Of a stretch of 26,444 nt of DNA, positions 1 through 8,755 are shown piece by piece. The DNA is from Candidatus Nanohalobium sp. (GTDB lineage: Archaea; Nanohalarchaeota; Nanosalinia; Nanosalinales; Nanosalinaceae), in assembly GCA_042217545.1 (NCBI GenBank), contig JBDGSM010000056.1:1-26444 (forward strand), in the 5' to 3' direction. The notes beneath the pieces are model-generated. The model saw only the letters and a program-made list of their open reading frames with translations, did no database searches and was not told the DNA's origin. A program made the translations under genes and the position numbers. How positions within the stretch are numbered: position 1 is the first letter of the stretch; each line of letters starts with the position of its first letter.

Positions 1-2
1 AA

Positions 3-686
3 CCAGATGAAGATATTCACGAGCTTGCGGATATAGCAGAGAACAAGGCCTTGTCAACGGCTCGTGAAACTTTTGACAGCCCTGATCTGGTTGACAGCGT
101 AACGCATGACCAGCATCTTAATTACTACAACTTCAAGAGTATGATGGGCCTTGTCTCTGGACATGAGCAGTTCCTGGAGGAAGCGTATAGAAGAGGTGAG
201 GGCTCTTCTGATAGAATTGATTTTCTGGATGGTAATGTCTCCGAATTTGAGGAAACTCCTGAGGAACTGCATTATGGAGCAGCTGCGGAAAGTATAGAGG
301 ATGTAGCGGACAAATACTGGGACGAGATTGTGGAGTCAGAAAAGGTTCAGAGGTTCAGGCCTCTGATTGAGAGACACGACATCGAGATCCCTGACGACGA
401 TGTTCTTGAGGCCCAGGCTCAGTTCTGGAGCATGTTCACCGTAGGGATGCTGGAAGATTTACCGGAAACAACCGGAGTTTACCCGGAGTTTGTCGAAGAA
501 AAGCTTGAAGGCCTGGACTCATACGAACATAATCCTTCTTACACAAAAGGAGAAAACGTCGAAGAAGCAACGAGAGAGCTACTTGAAAGTTTCAGGGATA
601 GAAAGCACGATAAATCTAAAACAGATCCTGAGGTCGCTGTAGATATGCTTAATGAAGGCCTTGAGCGCTGGGACCGCGATCTTTGA
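3..686 (+). CDS. Acidic hypothetical protein, 5'-truncated by the window edge
   Basis: The frame of ORF 51..686 is open from position 3 (PDEDIHELADIAENKALSTARE...), so the TTG at 51 is probably not the true start. D/E-rich, no recognised motif. Confidence 0.75.
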   Translation, partial: PDEDIHELADIAENKALSTARETFDSPDLVDSVTHDQHLNYYNFKSMMGLVSGHEQFLEEAYRRGEGSSDRIDFLDGNVSEFEETPEELHYGAAAESIEDVADKYWDEIVESEKVQRFRPLIERHDIEIPDDDVLEAQAQFWSMFTVGMLEDLPETTGVYPEFVEEKLEGLDSYEHNPSYTKGENVEEATRELLESFRDRKHDKSKTDPEVAVDMLNEGLERWDRDL

Positions 687-693
687 GTTTTGG

Positions 694-1110
694 TCAGCTG
701 AGGTTCTGTTTGGCGATCATTCCGAGGACTATGAATACGATCGCAAATACGACGCTGTATACGATATTCATTACCGTGTTTCCCTGGTTTGTTACCTTGA
801 TGACACTGTCTACAAGTGTGGACAGTGCCAGGGCGGTTACGAAGACAAGTAGTAGGCGCTGGGTTAGCATCTGTTCTTCGTGGGTCTTTTTCTCGCTGAT
901 GAATTCGAACCCTCTTTCGGTCAGGATTATCTCCTCCATCTCCCTCTTGATCAGGCCCTGTTTCTGGAGGTTATCCAGCAGGTCTTCTATCTCCTCCTCC
1001 GAGTAGGAGGTTTTCTTACGGAGCTCAGGTAACTGGTCCTGATCCATCTCCCAGAAATCGGATTCTTCGTAGATTACTTCCAGAAGACTGACCCACTCCT
1101 CGTTTGCCAT
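694..1110 (-). CDS. Winged-helix (MarR-like fold) protein with two C-terminal transmembrane helices
   Basis: wHTH-like segment 'IEDLLDNLQKQGLIKRE...ILTERG' followed by two hydrophobic segments (LLLVFVTALALSTLV; IVYSVVFAIVFIVLGMI). Confidence 0.65.
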   Translation of the reverse strand: MANEEWVSLLEVIYEESDFWEMDQDQLPELRKKTSYSEEEIEDLLDNLQKQGLIKREMEEIILTERGFEFISEKKTHEEQMLTQRLLLVFVTALALSTLVDSVIKVTNQGNTVMNIVYSVVFAIVFIVLGMIAKQNLS

Positions 1111-1142
1111 AACGGAAAGATTGAGAAGCTCGTATTTGAAAC

Positions 1143-2240
1143 TTATGACTTGAGTTCCCGAATTATCTCCCTGAGATCTTCGATAGGTGCCGAAGTCCTG
1201 ACACCTGTAGGGGAGAAATGAGTCCTTGAAACAGGATAGCCCTTCTCTCTCAAGGCCTCTAAAAAGCTTTCACGCTTCGGGGAAGATGTTCCCATGCTCG
1301 AGGCCAGTGCATGAATATCGTAGTAAGGCGTTACGATCTCTGCCTCGGAATCCAGCTGCTCCAGAAGCTCGTAGGCCTCCCAGTCCTCTGACATCTCTTC
1401 AAGCATCTCCGAGGTAAACCTCTGATCAACGAACTTGCCAGTCCATAGAGGGCCTGCGACTTCGACCTCTTCACCGCATTCGGGGCATTCATCACTGCGC
1501 TCAAATCTCCTCCAGAGACAGTTACTGCAGTAGCTCAGGAAACCGATACTTTCCAGGCCTTTGTTAGCCCTCTTCTTCGACTCCGTGACACGACCCATCA
1601 CACGGCTGTAATGCCGTTCATGGAAACATATCTTGGGGTCAAAGGCCTTGTCAAAACGGGCAAAGTTCCTGAAGACCTCCTTTATGTAAATACGGAGGCC
1701 TATCTCATGCATGAACTCTGTCTTCAACGGTTTCGAGCCGTAACGTCTCTCGCAGACGGTCGGATAACTTCCTGCGGGCGCAGCATTATCCGTTGCAGTC
1801 AGGCCTACAAAGGAGGTGTGGTTCGCTGCTCTGGCGGTCGAATCCAGGAATTTTGTGAATGATCCAAAAGGATCAACATCTATGAAATGGAAGTAGTTAC
1901 CGTACTCGGAGAGAAAAACGTTTGCATCTTCTCCGTGAACTTTAGCATCTATCCGGTTTTCTTCAAGGCCTTTCCTTATAGCCTCCGTTGCCTCCGGGTT
2001 CACATCGTTGAGATGCAGGTCTGTTGCTGTGTCGCCGTACCTGAATCCACGTATTCCTGAAGCCGCTAAAGCATCAGCTACCCTGAACTCTTCTTCAAGC
2101 CCGGCTTTCTCCCTGAAGACTTTCGCCGCCACCTCTGAGAGATCGCGGTTGTTCCTCATCTTGTCATTGAAGAATACGTCCGAGTCCTTGTCCGGCTCTT
2201 CCTCCTCTGGCGCGTAGACTTTCAGGCCTCTTTCCTCCAT
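1143..2240 (-). CDS. trm1: tRNA (guanine-26 N2,N2)-dimethyltransferase Trm1
   Basis: Motifs FFNxxMxxNRD, DALAASGIRGFRY, DVDPFGS, TATD, zinc ribbon CxxC...CxxC, GPLW and SRTHF; 365 aa. Confidence 0.95.
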   Translation of the reverse strand: MEERGLKVYAPEEEEPDKDSDVFFNDKMRNNRDLSEVAAKVFREKAGLEEEFRVADALAASGIRGFRYGDTATDLHLNDVNPEATEAIRKGLEENRIDAKVHGEDANVFLSEYGNYFHFIDVDPFGSFTKFLDSTARAANHTSFVGLTATDNAAPAGSYPTVCERRYGSKPLKTEFMHEIGLRIYIKEVFRNFARFDKAFDPKICFHERHYSRVMGRVTESKKRANKGLESIGFLSYCSNCLWRRFERSDECPECGEEVEVAGPLWTGKFVDQRFTSEMLEEMSEDWEAYELLEQLDSEAEIVTPYYDIHALASSMGTSSPKRESFLEALREKGYPVSRTHFSPTGVRTSAPIEDLREIIRELKS

Positions 2241-2246
2241 GTATTC

Positions 2247-2372
2247 TTCCGCGGCTGGAAATTTCTTATAACCGCGGAAAAACAGGAAACAAAAACTTTT
2301 TTAAAGAAATTCGGGAGAAGGCCTCTGGATTTGCTTTATAAACTTTTCAAGTCCGAAGTTTAACTACGGTGA
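2247..2372. promoter_or_regulatory. Divergent trm1/atp promoter region with TATA boxes and SD
   Basis: TTATAA at 2266-2271 lies about 26 nt upstream of the trm1 ATG. TTTATAAA at 2335-2342 and GGTGA at 2368-2372 lie upstream of the atpH TTG. Confidence 0.6.
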
Positions 2373-2378
2373 ATATAC

Positions 2379-2696
2379 TTGGCTGACGTAGTGCAGGAAG
2401 TTAAGAAGGCTGAAACGGATGCTGACGAAATAATCGAAGAAGCGAAGGAAAACAAGGAAGAAACAATCGAAGAAGCGAGAGATGAAGCTAATCAGATCGT
2501 CGAGGATGCCAAGGAGAACGCCGAGGAAAGAAAGGAAAGCGAACTCCAGGAGTTCAAGCACGAACTGGAGGATAGAAGTGAGAAGATCGTCGAAGAAGGC
2601 GAGAAAACAGCGGACGAGATCAGAGAATCCGCTTCAGAAAATATTTCAGAAGCTAAAAAATTCCTGAACGAGAAGTTCAACGAGAAGTTTCTCTAG
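2379..2696 (+). CDS. atpH: A-type ATP synthase subunit H (peripheral stalk)
   Basis: 105 aa charged helical protein (VKKAETDADEIIEEA...), first gene before subunit I; TTG start with GGTGA 6 nt upstream. Confidence 0.85.
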   Translation: MADVVQEVKKAETDADEIIEEAKENKEETIEEARDEANQIVEDAKENAEERKESELQEFKHELEDRSEKIVEEGEKTADEIRESASENISEAKKFLNEKFNEKFL

Positions 2697-2703
2697 TATC
2701 TAG

Positions 2704-4536
2704 GTGGTAAAAATAAAACCTGCAGAGATGACAAAAATATCAGTAACCGGGCCAAAATCCAAGTTAGAGACAACCATTGATTCTCTGCATGATATAGGCC
2801 TTCTGCACATCGAAGATTACGATGGAGAACTTGAGACAGGTGAGCCACAGGAAGGCGCAGAAGATCTTTCCGAACTACTCGTCGATATAAGATCAGTGGT
2901 CTCAAAGCTTCCGGAGCAGGAATACCGGGACGAAGAGGCCTCTGTAGAGGAGGTTCAGGAAAACTTTGAAGAAGTCAGGCAGGATGTTGACAGGCTGAGA
3001 TCCGAGATAGAGGCCTCAAAGCGGAAGATAAGCGATCTCAGAGAGGATAAAAAGTTTTACAGGGTTCTGAAAGGTTCAGGAGTAAATCTGGCCGATGTAA
3101 AAGATACTGAAAGCCTCGAAGTCGCGGTAGCGGACCTGGATCTTGACGGGTTCAGGGATAACGTTGATACTGGCAGATATGATATTTTTACCGGGAAGAG
3201 GGCTTCTGCAGTTGTATACGAGAAAGAAGTTTCTTCAGAGGTTAATTCGGCAGCTCAGGAACACAGCAGTAAAGTTTTCAGTCTTCCTGAGGAGTTGAGG
3301 GAAGGCCTGCCAGAGGAGGCACTTCGCGGTATAGACTCCGAGATCGATGAGATCAGGAGCGATCGTGAGAACCGTGAGGAGCGGCTTGAAGCCATTGCAG
3401 ATGACTGGCTTGGAAAGCTGAATCATGTTGAAGGTTTTCTGACCGAGAGGATTGAGAAGGCTGAGGCTCCTCTCCGTTTCGCCACCACTAACAGAGCCTT
3501 CATCGCTGAGGGATGGGTTCCTTCAGAGGAGTACAGTGTTCTTGAGGAACGTGTCGCGGACGCCGCCGATGGAAAAGTCCATATTCAGAGAGAGGAAGGT
3601 GGCGAGGCACCTGTAAAGCATGATAATCCGAGGCCTGTACAGCCGTTTGAATCGTTAACCGATCTCATGGCAGTTCCCAAGTACAACGAGATCGATCCAT
3701 CTACCGTGATATTCCTGACGTTCCCTCTCTTTTTCGGTTTCATGATCGGGGACTTCGGGTACGGTCTTACCACGCTGGCAGTTTTCTACGCAGGCTACAG
3801 AATATTTGAAGGCGCACAGGAGATTTTCAAGTCTCTCATGTATGCTTCGTTCGCCACGATGGCGTTCGGTCTGGCGTTCGGAGACGCATTCGGCTTCATC
3901 ATCTTCGGAGAACACTCTATCCTGGCACAGCAGTTCGGACTACATTTCTTCAGCCAGGTACCTATCCTGTTCCCAAGGGCAGAGGAACTGGGCCAGGTAT
4001 TCACAGTTTCAGCCCTGATAGGATTCCTACACGTCAACGCAGGCTACCTGATCGGGGCTTACAACGAATACTCCCGGCACGGCATGAAAGAGGCCTTACT
4101 CGAGAAAGGATCATGGCTTCTCCTGGAGATCGGAGTAGGCCTATGGTACTTCATAGGAATGACCGCAGGCCTGCCGATAATGCTTGTCTCGGTCGTAACA
4201 CTGTATATTGGAGAAGGAGTGGCCGGAGTAGTGGAGATACCTTCCCTGCTATCAAACGTACTGTCCTATCTCAGGCTATTCGGAGTCTCAGTAGCGGCGG
4301 TAGCGCTCGCAGGAGTGGTAAACGGTATCGCAGACACTGCCTTTGCAACAGGAGGCCTTCTGGGAATTGCAGGAGGCGTGCTTATCCTGATGCTGGGCCA
4401 CACGTTCAACACGTTCGTTAAGATCATCGAAGGCTTCCTTCAGGGAATTCGACTTCACTATGTGGAGATGTTCCAGAAGTTCTACGAAGGAGGCGGCAAA
4501 AAATACGCTCCATTCGGAGCAGAGGGTTCACAATGA
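2704..4536 (+). CDS. atpI: A-type ATP synthase subunit I (a)
   Basis: PxxMxK N-terminus; EGWVP, PKYNEIDP, FFGFMIGDFGYG, SYLRL (essential Arg) and RLHYVE...FYEGGG; hydrophobic C-terminal half. Confidence 0.97.
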   Translation: MVKIKPAEMTKISVTGPKSKLETTIDSLHDIGLLHIEDYDGELETGEPQEGAEDLSELLVDIRSVVSKLPEQEYRDEEASVEEVQENFEEVRQDVDRLRSEIEASKRKISDLREDKKFYRVLKGSGVNLADVKDTESLEVAVADLDLDGFRDNVDTGRYDIFTGKRASAVVYEKEVSSEVNSAAQEHSSKVFSLPEELREGLPEEALRGIDSEIDEIRSDRENREERLEAIADDWLGKLNHVEGFLTERIEKAEAPLRFATTNRAFIAEGWVPSEEYSVLEERVADAADGKVHIQREEGGEAPVKHDNPRPVQPFESLTDLMAVPKYNEIDPSTVIFLTFPLFFGFMIGDFGYGLTTLAVFYAGYRIFEGAQEIFKSLMYASFATMAFGLAFGDAFGFIIFGEHSILAQQFGLHFFSQVPILFPRAEELGQVFTVSALIGFLHVNAGYLIGAYNEYSRHGMKEALLEKGSWLLLEIGVGLWYFIGMTAGLPIMLVSVVTLYIGEGVAGVVEIPSLLSNVLSYLRLFGVSVAAVALAGVVNGIADTAFATGGLLGIAGGVLILMLGHTFNTFVKIIEGFLQGIRLHYVEMFQKFYEGGGKKYAPFGAEGSQ

Positions 4537-4600
4537 ACCTTCACAGGAAGAAGGCCTATCATAGCCTTCAGAAATCTATATTTGAGGTGAAAATCAGCTA

Positions 4601-4840
4601 ATGGCAGCAGAAGCAGCAGCGACAGGAGCAAGCCAGTTCGCACCTGTAGGAGCAGGCCTTGCCATAGGCCTCTCCGCGTTAGCGACCGGTTGGGCTCAGG
4701 CAAAGATCGGAAGCGCTGGAGTCGGAGCACTTGCAGAAGACGACAGCCTTTTCGGTAACGTCCTGATCCTACTGGTTATCCCGGAGACAGCAGTTATCTT
4801 CGGACTGGTAGTCGCCCTGGTCGCGACAGGATTCATATAG
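4601..4840 (+). CDS. atpK: A-type ATP synthase subunit K (c, proteolipid), single hairpin
   Basis: 79 aa with two TM helices, GAGLAIGL...Q...IG and the ion-binding Glu in IPET; SD GAGGTGA upstream. Confidence 0.97.
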   Translation: MAAEAAATGASQFAPVGAGLAIGLSALATGWAQAKIGSAGVGALAEDDSLFGNVLILLVIPETAVIFGLVVALVATGFI

Positions 4841-4853
4841 ACAAAATCCAATC

Positions 4854-4875
4854 GGAGGGCCGTCAAGGCCCTTCC
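4854..4875 (+). terminator. GC-rich stem-loop downstream of atpK (partial terminator or RNA-stabilising hairpin)
   Basis: GGAGGGCC-GTCAA-GGCCCTTCC followed by T-rich TTTGATTTATTT. Confidence 0.45.
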
Positions 4876-4926
4876 AACTTTGATTTATTTAATACAAAAA
4901 AGAGGAAAGACGAGGAAAAAAGTACT

Positions 4927-5475
4927 ATGGGACTTGAAGAAGTTAAATCCGACATCTTAGAAGAAGCAGAGCAGAAATCCAACGAAATCAAGGAAGAAGC
5001 AGAGCAGCAGAAGCAGGAAATCCTCGAGGATGCAAGAGAAGAGGCTGCAAAGATCAAGGAAGACGCTGAAGGGGAGATCGAGAAGGAGAAGGACGCCCTG
5101 GAGAGACAGCAGCTTTCAAACGCAAGAATGGCTGCAAAACAGGAGAAACTGAAGGCAAAGCAGAAGGAACTTAAAAGAGCGTTTAACGAGTTCAGGGAAG
5201 AGCTTGAAGATCTTGACAGTGAGGAGCGAAAGGCCTTTGTAGAGAACGTTGTGGAAGACACTGATTTCGAGGTTGCAACCGTTAGAGGTAGCGAAGAGTT
5301 TGAGGACGCTGTTGAAGAAGCTGACTTCGAGGTCATCGATAGGCCTGGCGTTGTCCTGGTTTCCGAGGACGGTTCTATGAGACGTGACTTTACTTTTGAC
5401 CGTATAGTTGAAAACTTCAGATCCGAGTACAGGAAGGACGTTGCTGATGTCCTGTTCCAGGGGGTCGAGCAGTGA
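4927..5475 (+). CDS. atpE: A-type ATP synthase subunit E
   Basis: MGLEEVKSDILEEA N-terminus, long charged helix, C-terminal GVVLVSEDG...DFTFD; operon position. Confidence 0.93.
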   Translation: MGLEEVKSDILEEAEQKSNEIKEEAEQQKQEILEDAREEAAKIKEDAEGEIEKEKDALERQQLSNARMAAKQEKLKAKQKELKRAFNEFREELEDLDSEERKAFVENVVEDTDFEVATVRGSEEFEDAVEEADFEVIDRPGVVLVSEDGSMRRDFTFDRIVENFRSEYRKDVADVLFQGVEQ

Positions 5476-6470
5476 GAGATTATCCGTACATGTCCGCAAG
5501 GGTCTCGGCGAAGAAAGACAAGCTCCTTAACCAGAGCGATTACGAGAACCTGTTGAAGATGCAGCCTAACGAGATAGCGAGAAGGCTTGAGGAAGGAGAG
5601 TACCAGGACGATATCGATGAACTCGGCTCGAAGTACGAAGGAGCGCGACTGGTAGAGCTTGCATTGACCAGGAATCTTTCACGGACACTTTCCGACCTGG
5701 TGGACATGTCACCGGAGACACTGCAGAGAATCATCAAAGTATACCTGAGGCGTTACGATATACTGAGCCTGAAAAGACTGCTACGCTGGAAGAGATCAGG
5801 ACAGAAAGGCTCGATCCAGGACCTGATGACTCCGGTAGGCAGCTACAGTTACGGAGAACTCAAGGAACTCGCCGACAAAGACCAGAAAGAGATAATCAAC
5901 AGCATAAGATTCAGAGACTCCGAAGTGGACTACTCCAAACACCTGGAGGGAAAACAGGAGATCTCGGAGATCGAGACAGCACTTGACCAGGCCTACTTCG
6001 ACGAACTAGGTCTTCTGGCTGATGAAATCAGTAACAAAGACCTGAAAGATTTCATCCAGGACGAGATGGAGTTCCAGAACATCAGCATAGTGTTGAGACT
6101 GAAAAAATACGGTATCAGCGACGAAGAGATCAGGAAGAGAATACTTGAAATCAAAAACGGAAAGATAGTGGAAAAAGTGATCACGGCACAGGACTTTGAA
6201 CAGGCCATCGAGGTAGTGAAGAACTCAGGCCTGCTCCCAGAAAAGGCCTCAGAGGACCTGGAGGATATAGAGCATGAGATGGAGATTGAACGCCTGCGTA
6301 AGGCCTTGATAACCTTCCACACTGAGCCTCTGGGTATCACACCGATCATCGGTTACATCGTGGCGAAGATTACCGAGGTCAGAAATCTGAGGATGCTTAT
6401 CCGTGCGAAGGAGACGGGTATCCAGAACAACGACACGATCAGGCGTAACCTGGTCATGGAGCACAGGTGA
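5472..6470 (+). CDS. atpC: A-type ATP synthase subunit C
   Basis: YPYMSARV..KxxLL N-terminus; PIIGYIVAKITEVRNLRML C-terminus; GTGA overlap with the atpE stop. Confidence 0.95.
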   Translation: MRDYPYMSARVSAKKDKLLNQSDYENLLKMQPNEIARRLEEGEYQDDIDELGSKYEGARLVELALTRNLSRTLSDLVDMSPETLQRIIKVYLRRYDILSLKRLLRWKRSGQKGSIQDLMTPVGSYSYGELKELADKDQKEIINSIRFRDSEVDYSKHLEGKQEISEIETALDQAYFDELGLLADEISNKDLKDFIQDEMEFQNISIVLRLKKYGISDEEIRKRILEIKNGKIVEKVITAQDFEQAIEVVKNSGLLPEKASEDLEDIEHEMEIERLRKALITFHTEPLGITPIIGYIVAKITEVRNLRMLIRAKETGIQNNDTIRRNLVMEHR

Positions 6471-6476
6471 AGAATT

Positions 6477-6788
6477 ATGGACGAAGAACGTAAGAAAGAG
6501 ATTGCGGCAGTCGGAAGCGAGGAGTTCACCCTTGGTTTCGAACTTGCCGGAGTGAAGAAAGTATTCAACCCTGAGGACTACCGGGAGGAGATCCAGGAAC
6601 TCACCGACAGGGAAGACCTCGGCATCGTAATCGTCGAGGACTCGGATCTCGAAGAGCTTCCAGCAAGGATCAGGAGAAGCGTAGAGGAATCAGTTGAACC
6701 TGTAGTAGTCGCACTTAACGAGGAAGCGGAAAGCGAGAGACTTCAGGAAAAAATCAAGAGAGCAATCGGAGCGGACATCACACAATGA
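6477..6788 (+). CDS. atpF: A-type ATP synthase subunit F
   Basis: IAAVGSEEFTLGFELAGV and IKRAIGADI motifs. Confidence 0.96.
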   Translation: MDEERKKEIAAVGSEEFTLGFELAGVKKVFNPEDYREEIQELTDREDLGIVIVEDSDLEELPARIRRSVEESVEPVVVALNEEAESERLQEKIKRAIGADITQ

Positions 6789-6823
6789 ATTTCGATAATC
6801 TATACTATAAGGTGAATCAATAA

Positions 6824-6874
6824 ATGAAAATTCGAAGAATTTTCTTGGAAAAAACCACCAAGGGTGGCTTTTGA
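6824..6874 (+). CDS. Upstream mini-ORF 1 (MKIRRIFLEKTTKGGF*), encoded by double-hairpin element copy 1
   Basis: SD GGTGA 6811-6815, ATG 6824, TGA 6872-6874 directly followed by an in-frame ATG at 6875. Translation is not proven. Confidence 0.5.
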   Translation: MKIRRIFLEKTTKGGF

Positions 6875-6877
6875 ATG
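6826..6877 (+). repeat. Double-hairpin stop/SD/restart element, copy 1
   Basis: GAAAATTC-GAA-GAATTTTC (8-bp perfect stem), then AAAAACCACC-AAG-GGTGGCTTTT (9/10 pairs), then GAATG. Confidence 0.8.
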
Positions 6878-6961
6878 GCACAGCAAGAACTTCAGCAGAC
6901 AGACGCTTCCGAAAATCAAAGATTTTCTCGGATTGCAGAAAATCGCGGAGGCGATTTTTGA
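6875..6961 (+). CDS. Upstream mini-ORF 2 (MAQQELQQTDASENQRFSRIAENRGGDF*), possibly the former AtpA N-terminus plus element copy 2
   Basis: In frame with both mini-ORF 1 and atpA; TGA 6959-6961 abuts the atpA ATG at 6962. Confidence 0.5.
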   Translation: MAQQELQQTDASENQRFSRIAENRGGDF

Positions 6962-6964
6962 ATG
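6911..6964 (+). repeat. Double-hairpin stop/SD/restart element, copy 2
   Basis: GAAAATC-AAA-GATTTTC, linker ending TTGCA, AAAATCGC-GGAG-GCGATTTT, then TGAATG. Confidence 0.8.
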
Positions 6965-8689
6965 GGACAAATCTACAAAGTTACAGGACCGGTCGTAATC
7001 GCGACCGGGATGAACCCACAGATGTACGACGTAGTATCTGTCGGGGAAGAAGGCCTGATGGGCGAGGTCATCCAGATCGAAGGAGACCACGCATACATCC
7101 AGGTCTACGAAGACACGACAGGAGTAAAACCAGGAGAACCAGTAGAAAACACGGAGAAACCATTATCTGTCGAACTTGGACCAGGCCTACTCGGCTCTAT
7201 CTACGACGGACTTCAGAGGCCTCTACCACAGCTTGAGGAACAGTCAGGAGACTTCATCGCAAGGGGAGAAGAAGCAGCAGGAATCGACCTTGACGAAGAA
7301 TACGAGTTCAAGCCAGCTGTTGAAGAAGGCGACGAAGTACATGAGGGAGACGTGATTGGAAGAGTAGAGGTCAAATTCGGAACCCACAAAGTACTCGTAC
7401 CTCCAGAAACAGAGGGAACAGTCGCAGAAGTCAACTCAGGAAACCACACCGTGACAGAAACAGTAGTAACCCTGGAGAACGGCGAAGAAATCCAGATGAG
7501 ACAGGAATGGCCTATCAGAAAGGCAAGGCCTGTCGAAGACAACAAGAGGCCTGAAGTACCGCTCATCACAGGACAGAGAGTGCTGGACGGCCTATTCCCT
7601 ATCGCCAAGGGAGGAACAGCCGCGATCCCGGGACCTTTCGGTTCAGGGAAGACAGTTACACAGCAGTCACTGGCAAAGTTCTCCGACGCAGACATCATCG
7701 TATACATCGGATGCGGAGAGCGTGGGAACGAGATGACAGAAGTTCTGGAAGAGTTCCCGGAGCTTGAAGATCCTCAGACTGGCGACAAAATCATTAATCG
7801 TACAGTACTGATCGCGAACACGTCAAACATGCCTGTTGCTGCGAGAGAAGCTTCGATCTATACCGGAGTTACAATCGCAGAGTACTTCAGGGACATGGGC
7901 CTTGACGTTGCACTGATGGCGGACTCTACTTCAAGATGGGCTGAGGCAATGCGTGAAGTATCCGCGAGACTTGAAGAGATGCCTGGTGAGAGAGGTTACC
8001 CAGCTTATCTTGCTTCAAGACTGGCAGAGTTCTACGAGAGGGCTGGAAGAGTCGATCCTCTTGCAGAAGTGGATCCAGGAAGCGTTTCGATCATCGGAGC
8101 TGTTTCACCTCCGGGTGGAGACTTCTCGGAGCCGGTCACGCAGAACACGCTCAGAGTTGTGAAGAACTTCTGGGCCCTCGATGCGGACCTGGCGGAGAAG
8201 AGACACTTCCCTTCGATCAACTGGGACGAGTCCTACTCAGGATACAGCGACATGCTGTCCGGTCACTTCCAGGAACAGGTCAGGGACGACTGGAACGACA
8301 AGATCCAGAGAGCCCGTGACATCCTGCAGAAGGACGGAGATCTCCAGGAGACAGTACAGCTCGTCGGAAAGGACGCACTTCCCGACAGGGAAAGATTGAC
8401 TCTTGAAATCGCAACGCTGGTCAAGGAGTTCTTCCTCCAGCAGAACGCGTTCCATCCAGTCGACGAGTACTCCTCACCAGAGAAAACATACCAGATACTT
8501 GACTTGATCCTGAAATGGGGTGACAGGGCCTACGAGACACTTGAGAAAGGCGCTCTCGTGGAGGACATCATCACACTGGACTCCAAGAACAGGATCTCCG
8601 AGCTAAAGTTCAGCGAGGACTACATGGAAGTCAAGGAAGAAGTTCAAAACCAGATGAGAGAAGAGTTCGACGAAGTCGTCGAACAATAG
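6962..8689 (+). CDS. atpA: A-type ATP synthase catalytic subunit A
   Basis: Walker [38 protein letters not shown] and FYERAG; 575 aa with no intein-sized insertion. Confidence 0.99.
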   Translation: MGQIYKVTGPVVIATGMNPQMYDVVSVGEEGLMGEVIQIEGDHAYIQVYEDTTGVKPGEPVENTEKPLSVELGPGLLGSIYDGLQRPLPQLEEQSGDFIARGEEAAGIDLDEEYEFKPAVEEGDEVHEGDVIGRVEVKFGTHKVLVPPETEGTVAEVNSGNHTVTETVVTLENGEEIQMRQEWPIRKARPVEDNKRPEVPLITGQRVLDGLFPIAKGGTAAIPGPFGSGKTVTQQSLAKFSDADIIVYIGCGERGNEMTEVLEEFPELEDPQTGDKIINRTVLIANTSNMPVAAREASIYTGVTIAEYFRDMGLDVALMADSTSRWAEAMREVSARLEEMPGERGYPAYLASRLAEFYERAGRVDPLAEVDPGSVSIIGAVSPPGGDFSEPVTQNTLRVVKNFWALDADLAEKRHFPSINWDESYSGYSDMLSGHFQEQVRDDWNDKIQRARDILQKDGDLQETVQLVGKDALPDRERLTLEIATLVKEFFLQQNAFHPVDEYSSPEKTYQILDLILKWGDRAYETLEKGALVEDIITLDSKNRISELKFSEDYMEVKEEVQNQMREEFDEVVEQ

Positions 8690-8698
8690 GTGATCAAA

Positions 8699-8755
8699 AT
8701 GTTGAAAATCCAGAGACTTTCAGCTTTGCAAAAAATCACCACAGGTGATTTTTGA
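8699..8755 (+). CDS. Upstream mini-ORF 3 (MLKIQRLSALQKITTGDF*), encoded by element copy 3
   Basis: SD GGTGA 8689-8693 overlaps the atpA stop; ATG 8699; TGA 8753-8755, then ACA-ATG of atpB in the same frame. Confidence 0.5.
   Translation: MLKIQRLSALQKITTGDF

Noticed and set aside
2637..2692. GAAAATATTTC and tandem AACGAGAAGTT duplication at the end of atpH
   Set aside because: Short, inside coding sequence (NEKF-NEKF), no second hairpin; compatible with chance or a small slippage.
6872..6961. In-frame TGA as selenocysteine or a reassigned codon
   Set aside because: TGA terminates normal genes here (atpI, atpE, atpC, atpF, moxR), and each TGA is followed by its own SD-supported ATG.
6871..7236. 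121-aa ORF from TTG 6871, and the analogous 8752-9132 ORF
   Set aside because: Out-of-frame Arg-rich shadows of atpA and atpB; the TTG is only part of the element's TTTTGAA end.
6962..8689. Intein in AtpA
   Set aside because: Normal 575-aa length, with GSGKT-VTQ contiguous at the usual insertion site.
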